Shown here: positions 16,793-26,047 of the stretch, piece by piece
Numbering within the stretch: the first letter of the stretch is position 1
Layout: every line of letters starts with the position of its first letter
DNA from: Spirochaetia bacterium
GTDB lineage: Bacteria > Spirochaetota > Spirochaetia > Treponematales > UBA12059
DNA: 64,000 nucleotides
NCBI GenBank assembly: GCA_034003955.1
Contig: JAVEXO010000008.1
Location: 894-64,893 of the forward strand
Reading direction: 5' to 3'
Translations under genes and position numbers: made by a program
The notes under the pieces: generated by a model
What the model was told of the DNA's origin: nothing
The model's database searches: none
The model's input: only the letters and a program-made list of their open reading frames with translations

Positions 16793-17904
16793 CCCTGTCC
16801 AGCCCGGCTACCAGCCCCCTTCCTCAACGAGACTATCCCCTGTTCGATATAGTCGTTCGTTCCCGCGTCTCGGTGGACAGGAATGTTGATGGATTCCGCT
16901 TTCCCCACCTGCTATCGGCAGAAGAGTCAACAGAGATCGAGACGATACTGTGCAGAGCAATGCGAGGAATTGGATTTGCCTTGGCCAGGGTCGGTGATAT
17001 GGATAGTGGGTTCAGATCCAGGCTCGCCGAGCGAGAGCTTTACTCGCGTCAGTATCTGCTTGATGAAGGCAAGTATGTCGTACTCAGCCCCGATGCCATT
17101 CTTTGGATGGCCATAAATGACAGTAATCATCTTTCAATACGCGCAAGCAGGCCTGGCCTGAGCCTCTTGGAGGCATGGTCAGACGTTTCTGGAACCGACG
17201 ACGCTCTAGAACAGATGCTTGGGCAGCATTCCTGGGCCTTCGATCCAGATATTGCTTACCTGATGTCAAGGGCCTCGTTCTGCGGCAGCGGCCTCTCTGC
17301 GGGAGTCACCCTGCATACTCCGGCTCTCGCCCTTTCAGGGCTGGCCGAGATGGCGTATAAGCGTGCCATGGAAGCAGGGTTCATTGTGGCCGGAGCCTAC
17401 TCCAGTCTGGGGGTGTCGAGCGGATACCTCTTTGAATTGTCATTGCCTCCGGTCTATGGCGACCCTGAGCGAACATCCATCACAAGGCTGGATACGGCAG
17501 CCAGGTCAATAGCGGAGTACGAGCGACGCGCCAGAGCCGAGCTGCTTTCCAGCAGCTCATGGGATATACTCGACGTAATTGGCAGGGCGGCAGGCAGTGC
17601 AACATGCGCACGGCTTGTTTCCAGGGACGAGGCATCTGATATTGTATCCGGCTTACGCCTAGGGCTTTCATGTGGTGTCCTAGAAGGCATGAACCTTGCA
17701 GAGGCGACAGAGTTATGGGTGTCCACCAGAATTAGACAGACAAAGAGCGATGCGGCTCCTGGCATCCAACTGGCCGATATGCCAGGCGAGCATGCCAAAC
17801 GTATAGAATCTAATGTCGGTGAACCAGAGGCGGCCATACGAGCCTATAATCTTAGAAAGATGGCTAGAGGCATAGGGTTTACCCAGGGGTACAAGGATGT
17901 TTAA
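16789..17904 (+). CDS. McsB-like ATP:guanido phosphotransferase-fold protein, catalytic motifs degenerate (predicted pseudokinase)
   Basis: It is collinear with McsB: IVVRSRVSVDRNVDGFRFP, then NDSNHLSIR, then YLMSRASFCGSGLSAGVTLHTPAL. The canonical NEEDHxR, CPTNxGTGLR and the Glu-containing loop are all substituted. It has an ATGA overlap with mcsA and an 8-nt overlap with clpC. Confidence 0.7.
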   Translation: MTLSSPATSPLPQRDYPLFDIVVRSRVSVDRNVDGFRFPHLLSAEESTEIETILCRAMRGIGFALARVGDMDSGFRSRLAERELYSRQYLLDEGKYVVLSPDAILWMAINDSNHLSIRASRPGLSLLEAWSDVSGTDDALEQMLGQHSWAFDPDIAYLMSRASFCGSGLSAGVTLHTPALALSGLAEMAYKRAMEAGFIVAGAYSSLGVSSGYLFELSLPPVYGDPERTSITRLDTAARSIAEYERRARAELLSSSSWDILDVIGRAAGSATCARLVSRDEASDIVSGLRLGLSCGVLEGMNLAEATELWVSTRIRQTKSDAAPGIQLADMPGEHAKRIESNVGEPEAAIRAYNLRKMARGIGFTQGYKDV

Positions 17905-20431
17905 AGGATTGACCAAACGGGCTCAAAGGGTTCTTACCATATTGGCTCAGGAAGAGGCGAGGCGTTTCCATGCCGGAGAGCTTGCACCTGAGCACGTCCT
18001 GCTATCGCTTATAAACGAAGGCGAGGGTACAGGTTTCAACCTCCTGTCATCGCTCAAGATTGACATACGCGAGCTGGCACTCAGCCTTGAACGAGCGGTC
18101 TCTGGACGCAAGGGAGGATTCCTGTTAGGGGATGCTCCTCTATCGCGGCGTCTCAAGTCAATGCTTGAAACAGCAGCAGAAGAAGCCAGAATACTTGACG
18201 GCGAGTACATAGGAACAGAACACCTCGTCATAGCGGCGGCCAGGGAGAGTGGATCGGTTTTTGAACAATTTCTTTCACGCTGCGGTGTCTTCTATGAGCA
18301 GCTTCGTGTTTCGCTCAAGTTGATCGCGAGCGCCGGAACCGATGATGAAATACCAGGCAGGATAGATACCAGAACGGAAACCCGTGGCAAGAACCCGAGC
18401 GGATCACAGGCTTCAAGCATGAGGAGGCCGGCGACAGGAGCCACTCCCATGTTAGACGAACATTCAAGAGATCTCAGCGCTCTAGCCGCAGATGACAGGA
18501 TAGACCCCGTCATAGGCCGTGATAAAGAGACTAGGCGTATAATCAACATACTGTCGCGGAGAAGCAAGAATAACCCCGTTCTTATAGGTGATCCTGGAGT
18601 AGGAAAGACGGCCATAGTCGAGGGGCTTGCCATAAAGATGGTCAAGGGTGATGTGCCGGATGGACTGCTTGGCAAGCGTCTTCTCGTTCTAGACATGGCC
18701 TCAATCGTCGCAGGCACCAAGTACCGTGGTGAATTTGAGGAGCGCCTGAAACGCATCATGAAGGAGATAGCCGCTTCTGGCAATATCATACTCTTCATAG
18801 ATGAACTCCACACCATCATAGGTGCAGGTAGCGCCGAAGGAACGATAGACGCCTCTAACATGCTCAAGCCGGCTCTTTCCAGGGGAGAGATCCAGTGCAT
18901 AGGTGCTACGACACTCGACGAATATCGCAAGTACTTCGAGAAGGACGCGGCCTTGGAGCGGCGATTCCAGACTGTGCTCGTCGAAGAGCCCACGATAGAG
19001 CAGTCAATAGACATCCTTAATGGCATCAAGGAACGATACGAGCGCTATCATGGTGTACGCTTCTCGCCTGACTCCATAGAGGCATCGGTGCATTTTGCCG
19101 ATCGTTATGTCAGCGACCGTTTCCTGCCTGACAAGGCCATAGACGTGCTCGATGAGGCGGGGGCACGCAAGAAGGTAGAGCATCCCGTTAGGGGGACCCA
19201 GCTGGGTACCATAGAGTCTGAGATACGAAAACTGACAGAGGAGAAGCTAGCTCTAGTCTCCACCCAAAACTACGAACGTGCCGCCGAGGTTCGCGATAGG
19301 GTTAGAGTGCTCAAGGCCGAGCTGGAAGAAATGAAGACCAGGTCCTCTTCCTTGGCGGGAGATGCAGGAACAGTAAGTGTAGACGACGTACGCCTGATTG
19401 TATCGGAGATGACAGGCATACCCGTTTATAGGATAGCAGAAGGAGAATCAGAACGGCTCACGAGCCTGGAGGCCGAGCTCCATAGGCGAGTCATAGGCCA
19501 GGATTACGCCGTTACTGCCCTGGCCGCGGCTGTCAGGCGGTCCCGTGCAGGCATATCCGATCCACATAGGCCTCTTGGTTCCTTTATTTTCCTTGGTCCC
19601 ACCGGTGTTGGCAAGACCCTGCTGGCAAAATCACTGGCAGAGAGCCTTTTTGGTAGTGAAGATGCCCTAATCCGCATAGACATGTCAGACTTCATGGAGA
19701 AGCATAATGCTGCCCGCCTGGTGGGGGCTCCTCCTGGCTATGTAGGCTATCAGGAAGGCGGGATGCTGACAGAGAAGGTCAGGCGCAAGCCCTATAGCGT
19801 TGTTCTTTTTGACGAGATTGAGAAGGCTCATCCTGACGTGTTTAACCTACTCTTGCAATTATTGGAAGAAGGCGAACTCAGGGACAATCTGGGGCATGCC
19901 GTCTCATTCCGCAACTGCGTCATCATAATGACGAGCAATGCCGGTACCCGTGATTTGATACGTGGCGCAAGGCTTGGTTTTGGAGCCGAGGCACAGCGAT
20001 TCGACTTCGAGGCCGTCAAGTCGGCGGCCTTGACTGAGCTAAAGCGGCTCTTTAACCCTGAGTTTATAAACCGGGTAGACCAGGTGGTCGTATTCCATCC
20101 TCTCGACCGGGAGCAGGTACAAGGCGTACTGGAGCTGGAGCTATCACGGCTCAGGCGGCGGCTTGCAGAACGTGGCGTCTCACTTGAATTGGATAAGAAG
20201 GCCGTAGACAGGCTTGTCTTGGACGGCTATGACGAGGCCTACGGAGCACGGCCGATGCGAAGGCTTATAACAAAGCTTATAGAGGACCCCCTGGCTACGA
20301 GCATCGTAGAAGGCGCATGCCCTCCTGGTGCGACCGTAAGGGTGCGGGAGAAGAACGGTGAATTGACGCTCAAGATAGTCAACTCCTCACGTCAGGTGAC
20401 GGCTCCTGTCGAGGCCAGCAAGGATTCCTGA
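17897..20431 (+). CDS. clpC: ATP-dependent Clp protease ATP-binding subunit ClpC
   Basis: Clp_N repeats are present ([17 protein letters not shown]..., [17 protein letters not shown]...). Two AAA+ modules carry GDPGVGKTA and GPTGVGKT. There is a UVR linker ([12 protein letters not shown]) and a ClpB_D2-small C-terminus. Confidence 0.9.
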   Translation: MFKGLTKRAQRVLTILAQEEARRFHAGELAPEHVLLSLINEGEGTGFNLLSSLKIDIRELALSLERAVSGRKGGFLLGDAPLSRRLKSMLETAAEEARILDGEYIGTEHLVIAAARESGSVFEQFLSRCGVFYEQLRVSLKLIASAGTDDEIPGRIDTRTETRGKNPSGSQASSMRRPATGATPMLDEHSRDLSALAADDRIDPVIGRDKETRRIINILSRRSKNNPVLIGDPGVGKTAIVEGLAIKMVKGDVPDGLLGKRLLVLDMASIVAGTKYRGEFEERLKRIMKEIAASGNIILFIDELHTIIGAGSAEGTIDASNMLKPALSRGEIQCIGATTLDEYRKYFEKDAALERRFQTVLVEEPTIEQSIDILNGIKERYERYHGVRFSPDSIEASVHFADRYVSDRFLPDKAIDVLDEAGARKKVEHPVRGTQLGTIESEIRKLTEEKLALVSTQNYERAAEVRDRVRVLKAELEEMKTRSSSLAGDAGTVSVDDVRLIVSEMTGIPVYRIAEGESERLTSLEAELHRRVIGQDYAVTALAAAVRRSRAGISDPHRPLGSFIFLGPTGVGKTLLAKSLAESLFGSEDALIRIDMSDFMEKHNAARLVGAPPGYVGYQEGGMLTEKVRRKPYSVVLFDEIEKAHPDVFNLLLQLLEEGELRDNLGHAVSFRNCVIIMTSNAGTRDLIRGARLGFGAEAQRFDFEAVKSAALTELKRLFNPEFINRVDQVVVFHPLDREQVQGVLELELSRLRRRLAERGVSLELDKKAVDRLVLDGYDEAYGARPMRRLITKLIEDPLATSIVEGACPPGATVRVREKNGELTLKIVNSSRQVTAPVEASKDS

Positions 20432-21847
20432 TCAGTGTTCTTCCTTGCCTATCTGGCGTCTTAGTTCACGCATGCGCGCGTGCATTCGTGTGTCATCTAT
20501 GGTGACGCGAAGGTTCTTCTCCTGAGTCGGTAGCACAAGGCCTTTTGGTCCGTTCTTGACGCGGCGAAGATACTTGGCGTGGGTGTAGTACACATCTCCT
20601 GAGCCGGCCGAGCGTCCCTTGGAGTAATACAGGGCCAGGGCCCCCGCATCGAGCAATATTTCAAGGGGAACGCTCTTGCCTGGCTTGGCCTTTATGAACA
20701 CGTATGATCCTGCATAATCCCTGGCATGAAGCCATAGATCGTTACCCTTTACGTGGCGCCTCAGGAGCTCATCGTTCTCGGCCGCCGAGCGCCCTATGAG
20801 TAGCCGCCAGCCATGGAGCTCCAGGGAAATGCATGAGTAGCGTGTTAAGTCCTGGGATGAGGACGTGCGTCGTTTGGCAAGGAAGGCTCGTATATGGTAT
20901 GGATTCTCTGTCGCCTCTATCCTCAGGCGCTCGGCTTCCAAGGCTTCTTTGCTTCTTGATAGTTCCTCTATCTCTGAGGCAGTCTCAAGAGCCCCTGAGC
21001 CTGCCTTCCTGTGTTTGTCATAGTAGGCCTTAGCATTCTCCACCGCCGATTTAGACGGATCGATCCTGATGATCACCTCACCACCCCGGTAGAAGTCATC
21101 CACCGTAACGGTGTGAGCCGAGAAGTCTGAGCCTTGATTGGCCAGGATGATGTCGCCCAGCTCCTTCCAACGCTCGGCATCGGCGTACTCGGTGGCCATT
21201 CTTTCGAGTGATGAAAGCCTTGTGTCGAGTTGGTTCCTTCGTTGGTCGAAGTACTTGCGTGCTCGCTCCATGAGGGCGAGCCGTGATAGTTCAGAGCCAT
21301 GCTCGGCGTAGTAGGCATCTATGCGATCGTTGAAGCTTCCTTCTCCAGGAAGATCCCGTACGATGAATTCTTTGGCAGGAGCCTCTCCTGGAGTCGGCTC
21401 ATAGTGGCCTCCTGCCAGCTCGCCCTTCTTAGGCTTCCTGGCAAGTGCGTCGACTATCTGCCCGCCTGGAAGGCACAGTATTAGATTGGAAGCTCCAGAC
21501 CAGAGGCGAGCGTACAGTATGCGCTCTCCCTGATCGCGGCCTATCCTCATTTCTACTATGCGCTCCGAGCCTATCTGACGAATGGACTCTATGCGTGCCC
21601 CCTTTATGTGGGAGCGCAAGAGTTCCATGAAGCGCTGGGGCTTCTCGGCCTTGGGTACGAGTGTCTTTGTTGCGTGGAGCCTGCACGAGCCATGAGCCAC
21701 ACAGAAGAGGAGTTCAGTCGATGCTCCGGGTTTGTAGCATGATAGCAGGAGAGTATCGTAAGAGGGTTGCACGACCTTCTGTATCTGAGCGCCACACAGA
21801 TCAAGTTCTGATAGTACAAGGTCTATCTCGCGCCAGTTAAGCGACAT
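20432..21847 (-). CDS. rqcH: NFACT-family protein (RqcH/FbpA-like ribosome quality control factor), short form of 471 aa
   Basis: The NFACT-N region reads MSLNWREIDLVLSELDL...IQKVVQP...GSERIVEMRI. A coiled-coil middle follows. The DUF814/NFACT-R region reads GWRLLIGRSAAENDELLRRHVKGNDLWLHARDYAGSYVFIKA. AAGGA lies 5 nt upstream. Confidence 0.78.
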   Translation of the reverse strand: MSLNWREIDLVLSELDLCGAQIQKVVQPSYDTLLLSCYKPGASTELLFCVAHGSCRLHATKTLVPKAEKPQRFMELLRSHIKGARIESIRQIGSERIVEMRIGRDQGERILYARLWSGASNLILCLPGGQIVDALARKPKKGELAGGHYEPTPGEAPAKEFIVRDLPGEGSFNDRIDAYYAEHGSELSRLALMERARKYFDQRRNQLDTRLSSLERMATEYADAERWKELGDIILANQGSDFSAHTVTVDDFYRGGEVIIRIDPSKSAVENAKAYYDKHRKAGSGALETASEIEELSRSKEALEAERLRIEATENPYHIRAFLAKRRTSSSQDLTRYSCISLELHGWRLLIGRSAAENDELLRRHVKGNDLWLHARDYAGSYVFIKAKPGKSVPLEILLDAGALALYYSKGRSAGSGDVYYTHAKYLRRVKNGPKGLVLPTQEKNLRVTIDDTRMHARMRELRRQIGKEEH

Positions 21848-21867
21848 GCTATCCTTAGGTTAAAGAC

Positions 21868-21971
21868 AACGAAGAGAATAAGAGGAAAAGAGTTTTGGAA
21901 AGAGAAGATGTAGAAAAAACATTCTTTATTATCCTCTCTTTCTTTTCTCGTATACTCTTATTCTCTTTGTT
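21868..21971. repeat. about 104-nt imperfect palindrome, purine-rich left arm and pyrimidine-rich right arm, in the secA-rqcH spacer
   Basis: The basal 17-bp pairing is 21868-21884 (AACGAAGAGAATAAGAG) with 21955-21971 (CTCTTATTCTCTTTGTT), with one G-T pair. Inner helices are GAAAAGA 21885-21891 with TCTTTTC 21941-21947, and AAGAGA 21900-21905 with TCTCTT 21935-21940. Confidence 0.6.
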
Positions 21972-21989
21972 CAAAATAGTGTTCGTCTA

Positions 21990-24758
21990 TCATGCGCCGT
22001 GGCAGTGTTTGTACTTCTTGCCTGAACCGCAGGGACAGGGGTCGTTCCTTCCCACCTTGGGGTAGGTTCTAACGACGGTGGTATTCCTCGGGGCCGCACC
22101 CTGGGCCATAGCCGTGGAGCCGGCCTGAGCCTTGGCTTCCACCGCGGCTTGAGCACCGCCGAATTGCCCCATCTGTTCGTGCCGTGTCTCTCCGCCTGTG
22201 GCTACCGGCCTCACGCTGCGGTCTTCCTGCTTCTGTATGCGTACCAGGTATAGGGTGCTGGCTACCGCCTTGCGTATGTCCTCTATCATGACATCGAAGA
22301 GCTCGAAGCCTTCCAGCTTGTACTCGAGGAGCGGATTCTTCTGGGCGTAGTGGCGCAGGTAGACAGCCTCTCTCAGAGCCTCCATATTCTCGAGGTGATC
22401 GAGCCACTTCTGGTCAATTGCGGCGAGGTATTTCCATCTGAGGAAGTGATTGAGGTTTTCAGAGCCGGCCATGGCCAGCTTCTCTTCCATGTCGCGGTCA
22501 AGCTCGGCAATGGCGGTGGCCTTGAGATCGTCTATCTTCCTGGCCTCCGGAGCATCGGACTTGAATGGTAACACGAAGCCAAATGCCGTCTTAAGGCCTT
22601 CCTGTAGTTCAGTGTATGCTGCCTTCTGATCAGACTTAAGCCCATCCTCATAGCCCTGAAGGTAGAGATCTACCATCTCACGAGCCGCGGCTACGACTCT
22701 GACGGTCAGGTCGCCATCCTTGCCAATGCTATCACGCTGGTTGTAGATGAATTTTCTCTGCTGGTTTAAGACATCGTCGTACTCGAGGAGGTGCTTGCGT
22801 ATGTCGAAGTTGCGTTCCTCTACGCGCTTCTGGGCGCTAGCCATAGTCCTGTTGAGCAGAGGATGGTAGATAGGTTCACCTTCCTTCATGCCCACCTTCA
22901 TCATGAGCCCCTTGAGGTTGGAGCCACCGAACAGCCGCATCAGGTCGTCATCGAGGGATATAAAGAATCTTGATCTACCAGGGTCTCCCTGACGGCCAGA
23001 TCTACCTCGCAGCTGGTTGTCTATGCGCCTTGACTCGTGGCGTTCGGTGCCAAGCACGTATAGGCCCCCTGCAGCCTTTACTTCCTCGTAATCCTTGCGC
23101 CATTTATCGTATTCCTGGGTCAGGACCTTCTTGTAGGTTTCATCGTCGGCGCTGGTACCTGCCGCCTTGCGGGCCCTGTATTCAGGGTTACCGCCCAGCT
23201 TTATATCGGTACCGCGACCGGCCATGTTGGTGGCTATTGTCACGGCGCCCCTGGATCCGGCCTCGGCAATTATTGTCGCCTCTCTGGCGTGGTTCTTGGC
23301 GTTGAGTACCTCGTGCCTTATGCCTCGTTTTGTCAGTGCCGCAGACAGGCGTTCAGACTTGTCTATGCTGACCGTGCCGACGAGCATGGGCTGGCCCTTG
23401 GCGTGAGCCTCGGCTATCTCGTCACAGATGGCATCGAACTTCTCTGATTCGTTCAAGAAGACAAGGTCATCTTCATCAAGACGTGCTACAGGCCTGTTGG
23501 TAGGTATGACTATGACATCAAGCTCGTATATCTTCTGGAACTCTACCGACTCAGTCTCGGCGGTGCCCGTCATACCGGCAATCTTGTCGTACATACGGAA
23601 GTAGTTCTGGAAGGTTATGGTAGCCAGGGTTCGGTTGCGCCTGGCGATCTTTATGCGTTCCTTGGCCTCTATGGCCTCATGAAGACCGTCAGAATAGCGG
23701 CGACCGTGGAGTATGCGCCCAGTGAACTCATCGACAATCTGCACGAGACCTTCCTGGACAACGTACTCGGTATCCTTGTGGAACAGCTCCCTCGCCTTGA
23801 TTGCCTGGGTAAAGTAGTGTACAAACTCGAAATTCTGCTCGTCAAATAGCGAGCCCTGTATGAGGCCACGCTTCTGTAGGGCCGTCTCCATCGTGGCAAG
23901 GCCGTCAGAAGTAAATGAGACTTTCTTGTTTTTTTCCTCAATCTTATAATCGCCGTTTAGGGTCTCCCCCTCTTCCTCCTTGGGATACTCACCGGTCGCG
24001 GGATCCTTCTGGACTTCGACGAGCTGGGGACAGAGACGGAAGACCTCGTTTATCTTGTATGTATCATCCTCGGCAGCACCAGAAATGATAAGCGGGGTGC
24101 GCGCCTCGTCTACAAGAATGGAGTCTATCTCGTCTACGACGCAGTAGTGATGACCACGCTGGACACGCATCGACGGTTCCATGGCCATGTTGTCGCGTAG
24201 ATAATCGAAGCCAAATTCGTTATTGGTGCCATAGGTGATGTCCCTGGCGTAGGCCTCTCGTCTGGCGTCGTTGTCCATGTTTGACAGAATCGCACCCACA
24301 GAAACGCCTAAGTAGGAGTAAATAGAGCCCATCCACTGGGAGTCGCGCTCCGCCAGGTAATCGTTGACGGTCACGACGTGAACGCCCTTGCCTTCCAGTG
24401 AGTTGAGGTATGAAGCCGATACCGACGAGAGGGTCTTGCCTTCTCCTGTCTTCATTTCAACTATCCTGCCGTCATGCAGGACTATGCCGCCCATCATCTG
24501 CGTATCGAAGGCCCGCTCGCCCAAGACTCTGCGGCCTGCTTCCCGGGCCAAGGCAAAGGCCTCAGGAAGTACAGCATCGAGGGGCTCTCCCGATGCCACA
24601 CGAGCCTTGAGTGCAGCCGTCTGTGCAGGGAAATCCTCTGCCTTAAGCGACATTGCCCATGATTCCTTTGCATTTATGGCATGAAGCCGGGGCAAGAGTT
24701 GCTTTATGTCTCGTTCGCGCTTCGAGCCGAAGATCGCTGTTAGGGGGTTGAACGCCAT
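21990..24758 (-). CDS. secA: preprotein translocase ATPase SecA
   Basis: It is full length at 922 aa. The N-terminus is [23 protein letters not shown]-like motor motifs are present ([29 protein letters not shown]). The C-terminal zinc finger is [14 protein letters not shown]. Confidence 0.97.
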   Translation of the reverse strand: MAFNPLTAIFGSKRERDIKQLLPRLHAINAKESWAMSLKAEDFPAQTAALKARVASGEPLDAVLPEAFALAREAGRRVLGERAFDTQMMGGIVLHDGRIVEMKTGEGKTLSSVSASYLNSLEGKGVHVVTVNDYLAERDSQWMGSIYSYLGVSVGAILSNMDNDARREAYARDITYGTNNEFGFDYLRDNMAMEPSMRVQRGHHYCVVDEIDSILVDEARTPLIISGAAEDDTYKINEVFRLCPQLVEVQKDPATGEYPKEEEGETLNGDYKIEEKNKKVSFTSDGLATMETALQKRGLIQGSLFDEQNFEFVHYFTQAIKARELFHKDTEYVVQEGLVQIVDEFTGRILHGRRYSDGLHEAIEAKERIKIARRNRTLATITFQNYFRMYDKIAGMTGTAETESVEFQKIYELDVIVIPTNRPVARLDEDDLVFLNESEKFDAICDEIAEAHAKGQPMLVGTVSIDKSERLSAALTKRGIRHEVLNAKNHAREATIIAEAGSRGAVTIATNMAGRGTDIKLGGNPEYRARKAAGTSADDETYKKVLTQEYDKWRKDYEEVKAAGGLYVLGTERHESRRIDNQLRGRSGRQGDPGRSRFFISLDDDLMRLFGGSNLKGLMMKVGMKEGEPIYHPLLNRTMASAQKRVEERNFDIRKHLLEYDDVLNQQRKFIYNQRDSIGKDGDLTVRVVAAAREMVDLYLQGYEDGLKSDQKAAYTELQEGLKTAFGFVLPFKSDAPEARKIDDLKATAIAELDRDMEEKLAMAGSENLNHFLRWKYLAAIDQKWLDHLENMEALREAVYLRHYAQKNPLLEYKLEGFELFDVMIEDIRKAVASTLYLVRIQKQEDRSVRPVATGGETRHEQMGQFGGAQAAVEAKAQAGSTAMAQGAAPRNTTVVRTYPKVGRNDPCPCGSGKKYKHCHGA

Positions 24759-24823
24759 GTCGCTTAATCTATATCTTTTAATGACGAGCGGTCAAGCGAA
24801 CCGCATACGGGTGGAGGCTGCCG

Positions 24824-26047
24824 GTGCGACAGGTGTTGTTGGGGAGATGGGTGATTCTGTGCCTTGCCATCGTTGTGGTTCTTGCGTCATGCGCACCATC
24901 CCGAACGGTGACGGCCTTTCAGCGTGAACAGCTGTTCTCACTCGGTTACGGCGTGCTGGAGGATCAGCTTAACCTGTTCAGCCTTGAAGGCAAGGCTCCC
25001 GCTCAGAAGACAAGGATGGCCATGCGTGATGGCATCTTCTTCGTATCCAACGGTAATGCCGCCAAGGTTCTAACCCTCTCATCGTATGGCGACCTCTTGG
25101 CCATGATATACAACCCCGAGCGCAATCCTCCTCCTGTATCACTGCGTCCATCAGACTCGGATGCCATAGGGCAAGGGCGAACGGCCAAACCATACCCCTT
25201 TACCTCTCCTGGTGAGATAGCCGTAGACTCGCGCCGTACCATCTTCCTTGAGGACAGGGTTCCTGATTCTCGTCGTTCATACGACGACACCATGAAGGCT
25301 AGCCTGGAATACGTCGTGCTGCGTTTCTCCCGTGACGGAGAATACCTCGACTACCTGGGTCAGGAAGGCGTCGGTGGCACGCCTTTTCCTCCACTGGCAG
25401 GCTTATACATAGACTCAAAGGATGACTGTGTTGTGGTATGCCTGACAGGCTCAGGCTGGACGATATTCAGGTTTGACCCCAGGGGCATGTTGCTTTCAAC
25501 GATAGCCATAAAGCGTGACGACCTGCCCAGGCCTCCCGAGGAGGCCGACACCATTGCTTCCATGGACAAGGTCGTAGCCTTTTCAGACGGATCGGCCCTG
25601 GTGCTCAAGCTTGACTACTATCGTGAAATAGTCGATGTCGAGACGCATACCCAGGCAGGCATAGAATTCTCCTCCTCATGGGCATGGATCATGGATGGCG
25701 CGACAGGTAGCTATGTGGAGCGCTATGAACTACCCACCTTCGAGACTATGATGGAACAGAAGGGCGACCAGAAGCGGGTTCCGAGGGCATGGGAGATGAT
25801 AGGATCGGCTTCCGGGGCATTCTTCCTGTCGGCGGTAGACGACGACGGCTCCACGTATTATGGCATCTTCGATACTCGCTCAAAGACAATGCGCCGTTTC
25901 TCCCTCAGGCTTGAACCAGATGAGACTCTGTACGCTACCTTCTCCCTGTCTCCAGACGGTATCCTTTCGGCTTTACTGGGTTCAAGGTACGAGGCACGCT
26001 TCGTCTGGTGGCGTTTCGACAAGCTGCTCGGAGGCCTGGCGCCGTGA
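24824..26047 (+). CDS. hypothetical lipoprotein (possibly beta-propeller-like)
   Basis: GTG 24824 lies 6 nt after GGAGG. The signal peptide with lipobox is LAIVVVLAS-C. Function is unknown. Weak NHL-like strings such as GEIAVDSRRTIFLEDR are present. Confidence 0.6.
   Translation: MRQVLLGRWVILCLAIVVVLASCAPSRTVTAFQREQLFSLGYGVLEDQLNLFSLEGKAPAQKTRMAMRDGIFFVSNGNAAKVLTLSSYGDLLAMIYNPERNPPPVSLRPSDSDAIGQGRTAKPYPFTSPGEIAVDSRRTIFLEDRVPDSRRSYDDTMKASLEYVVLRFSRDGEYLDYLGQEGVGGTPFPPLAGLYIDSKDDCVVVCLTGSGWTIFRFDPRGMLLSTIAIKRDDLPRPPEEADTIASMDKVVAFSDGSALVLKLDYYREIVDVETHTQAGIEFSSSWAWIMDGATGSYVERYELPTFETMMEQKGDQKRVPRAWEMIGSASGAFFLSAVDDDGSTYYGIFDTRSKTMRRFSLRLEPDETLYATFSLSPDGILSALLGSRYEARFVWWRFDKLLGGLAP

Noticed and set aside
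18292-19029. 245-aa minus-strand ORF inside clpC
   Set aside because: It is antisense to the highly conserved first AAA+ module of ClpC. The translation is Ser/Pro/Arg-rich, with no start context or motifs.
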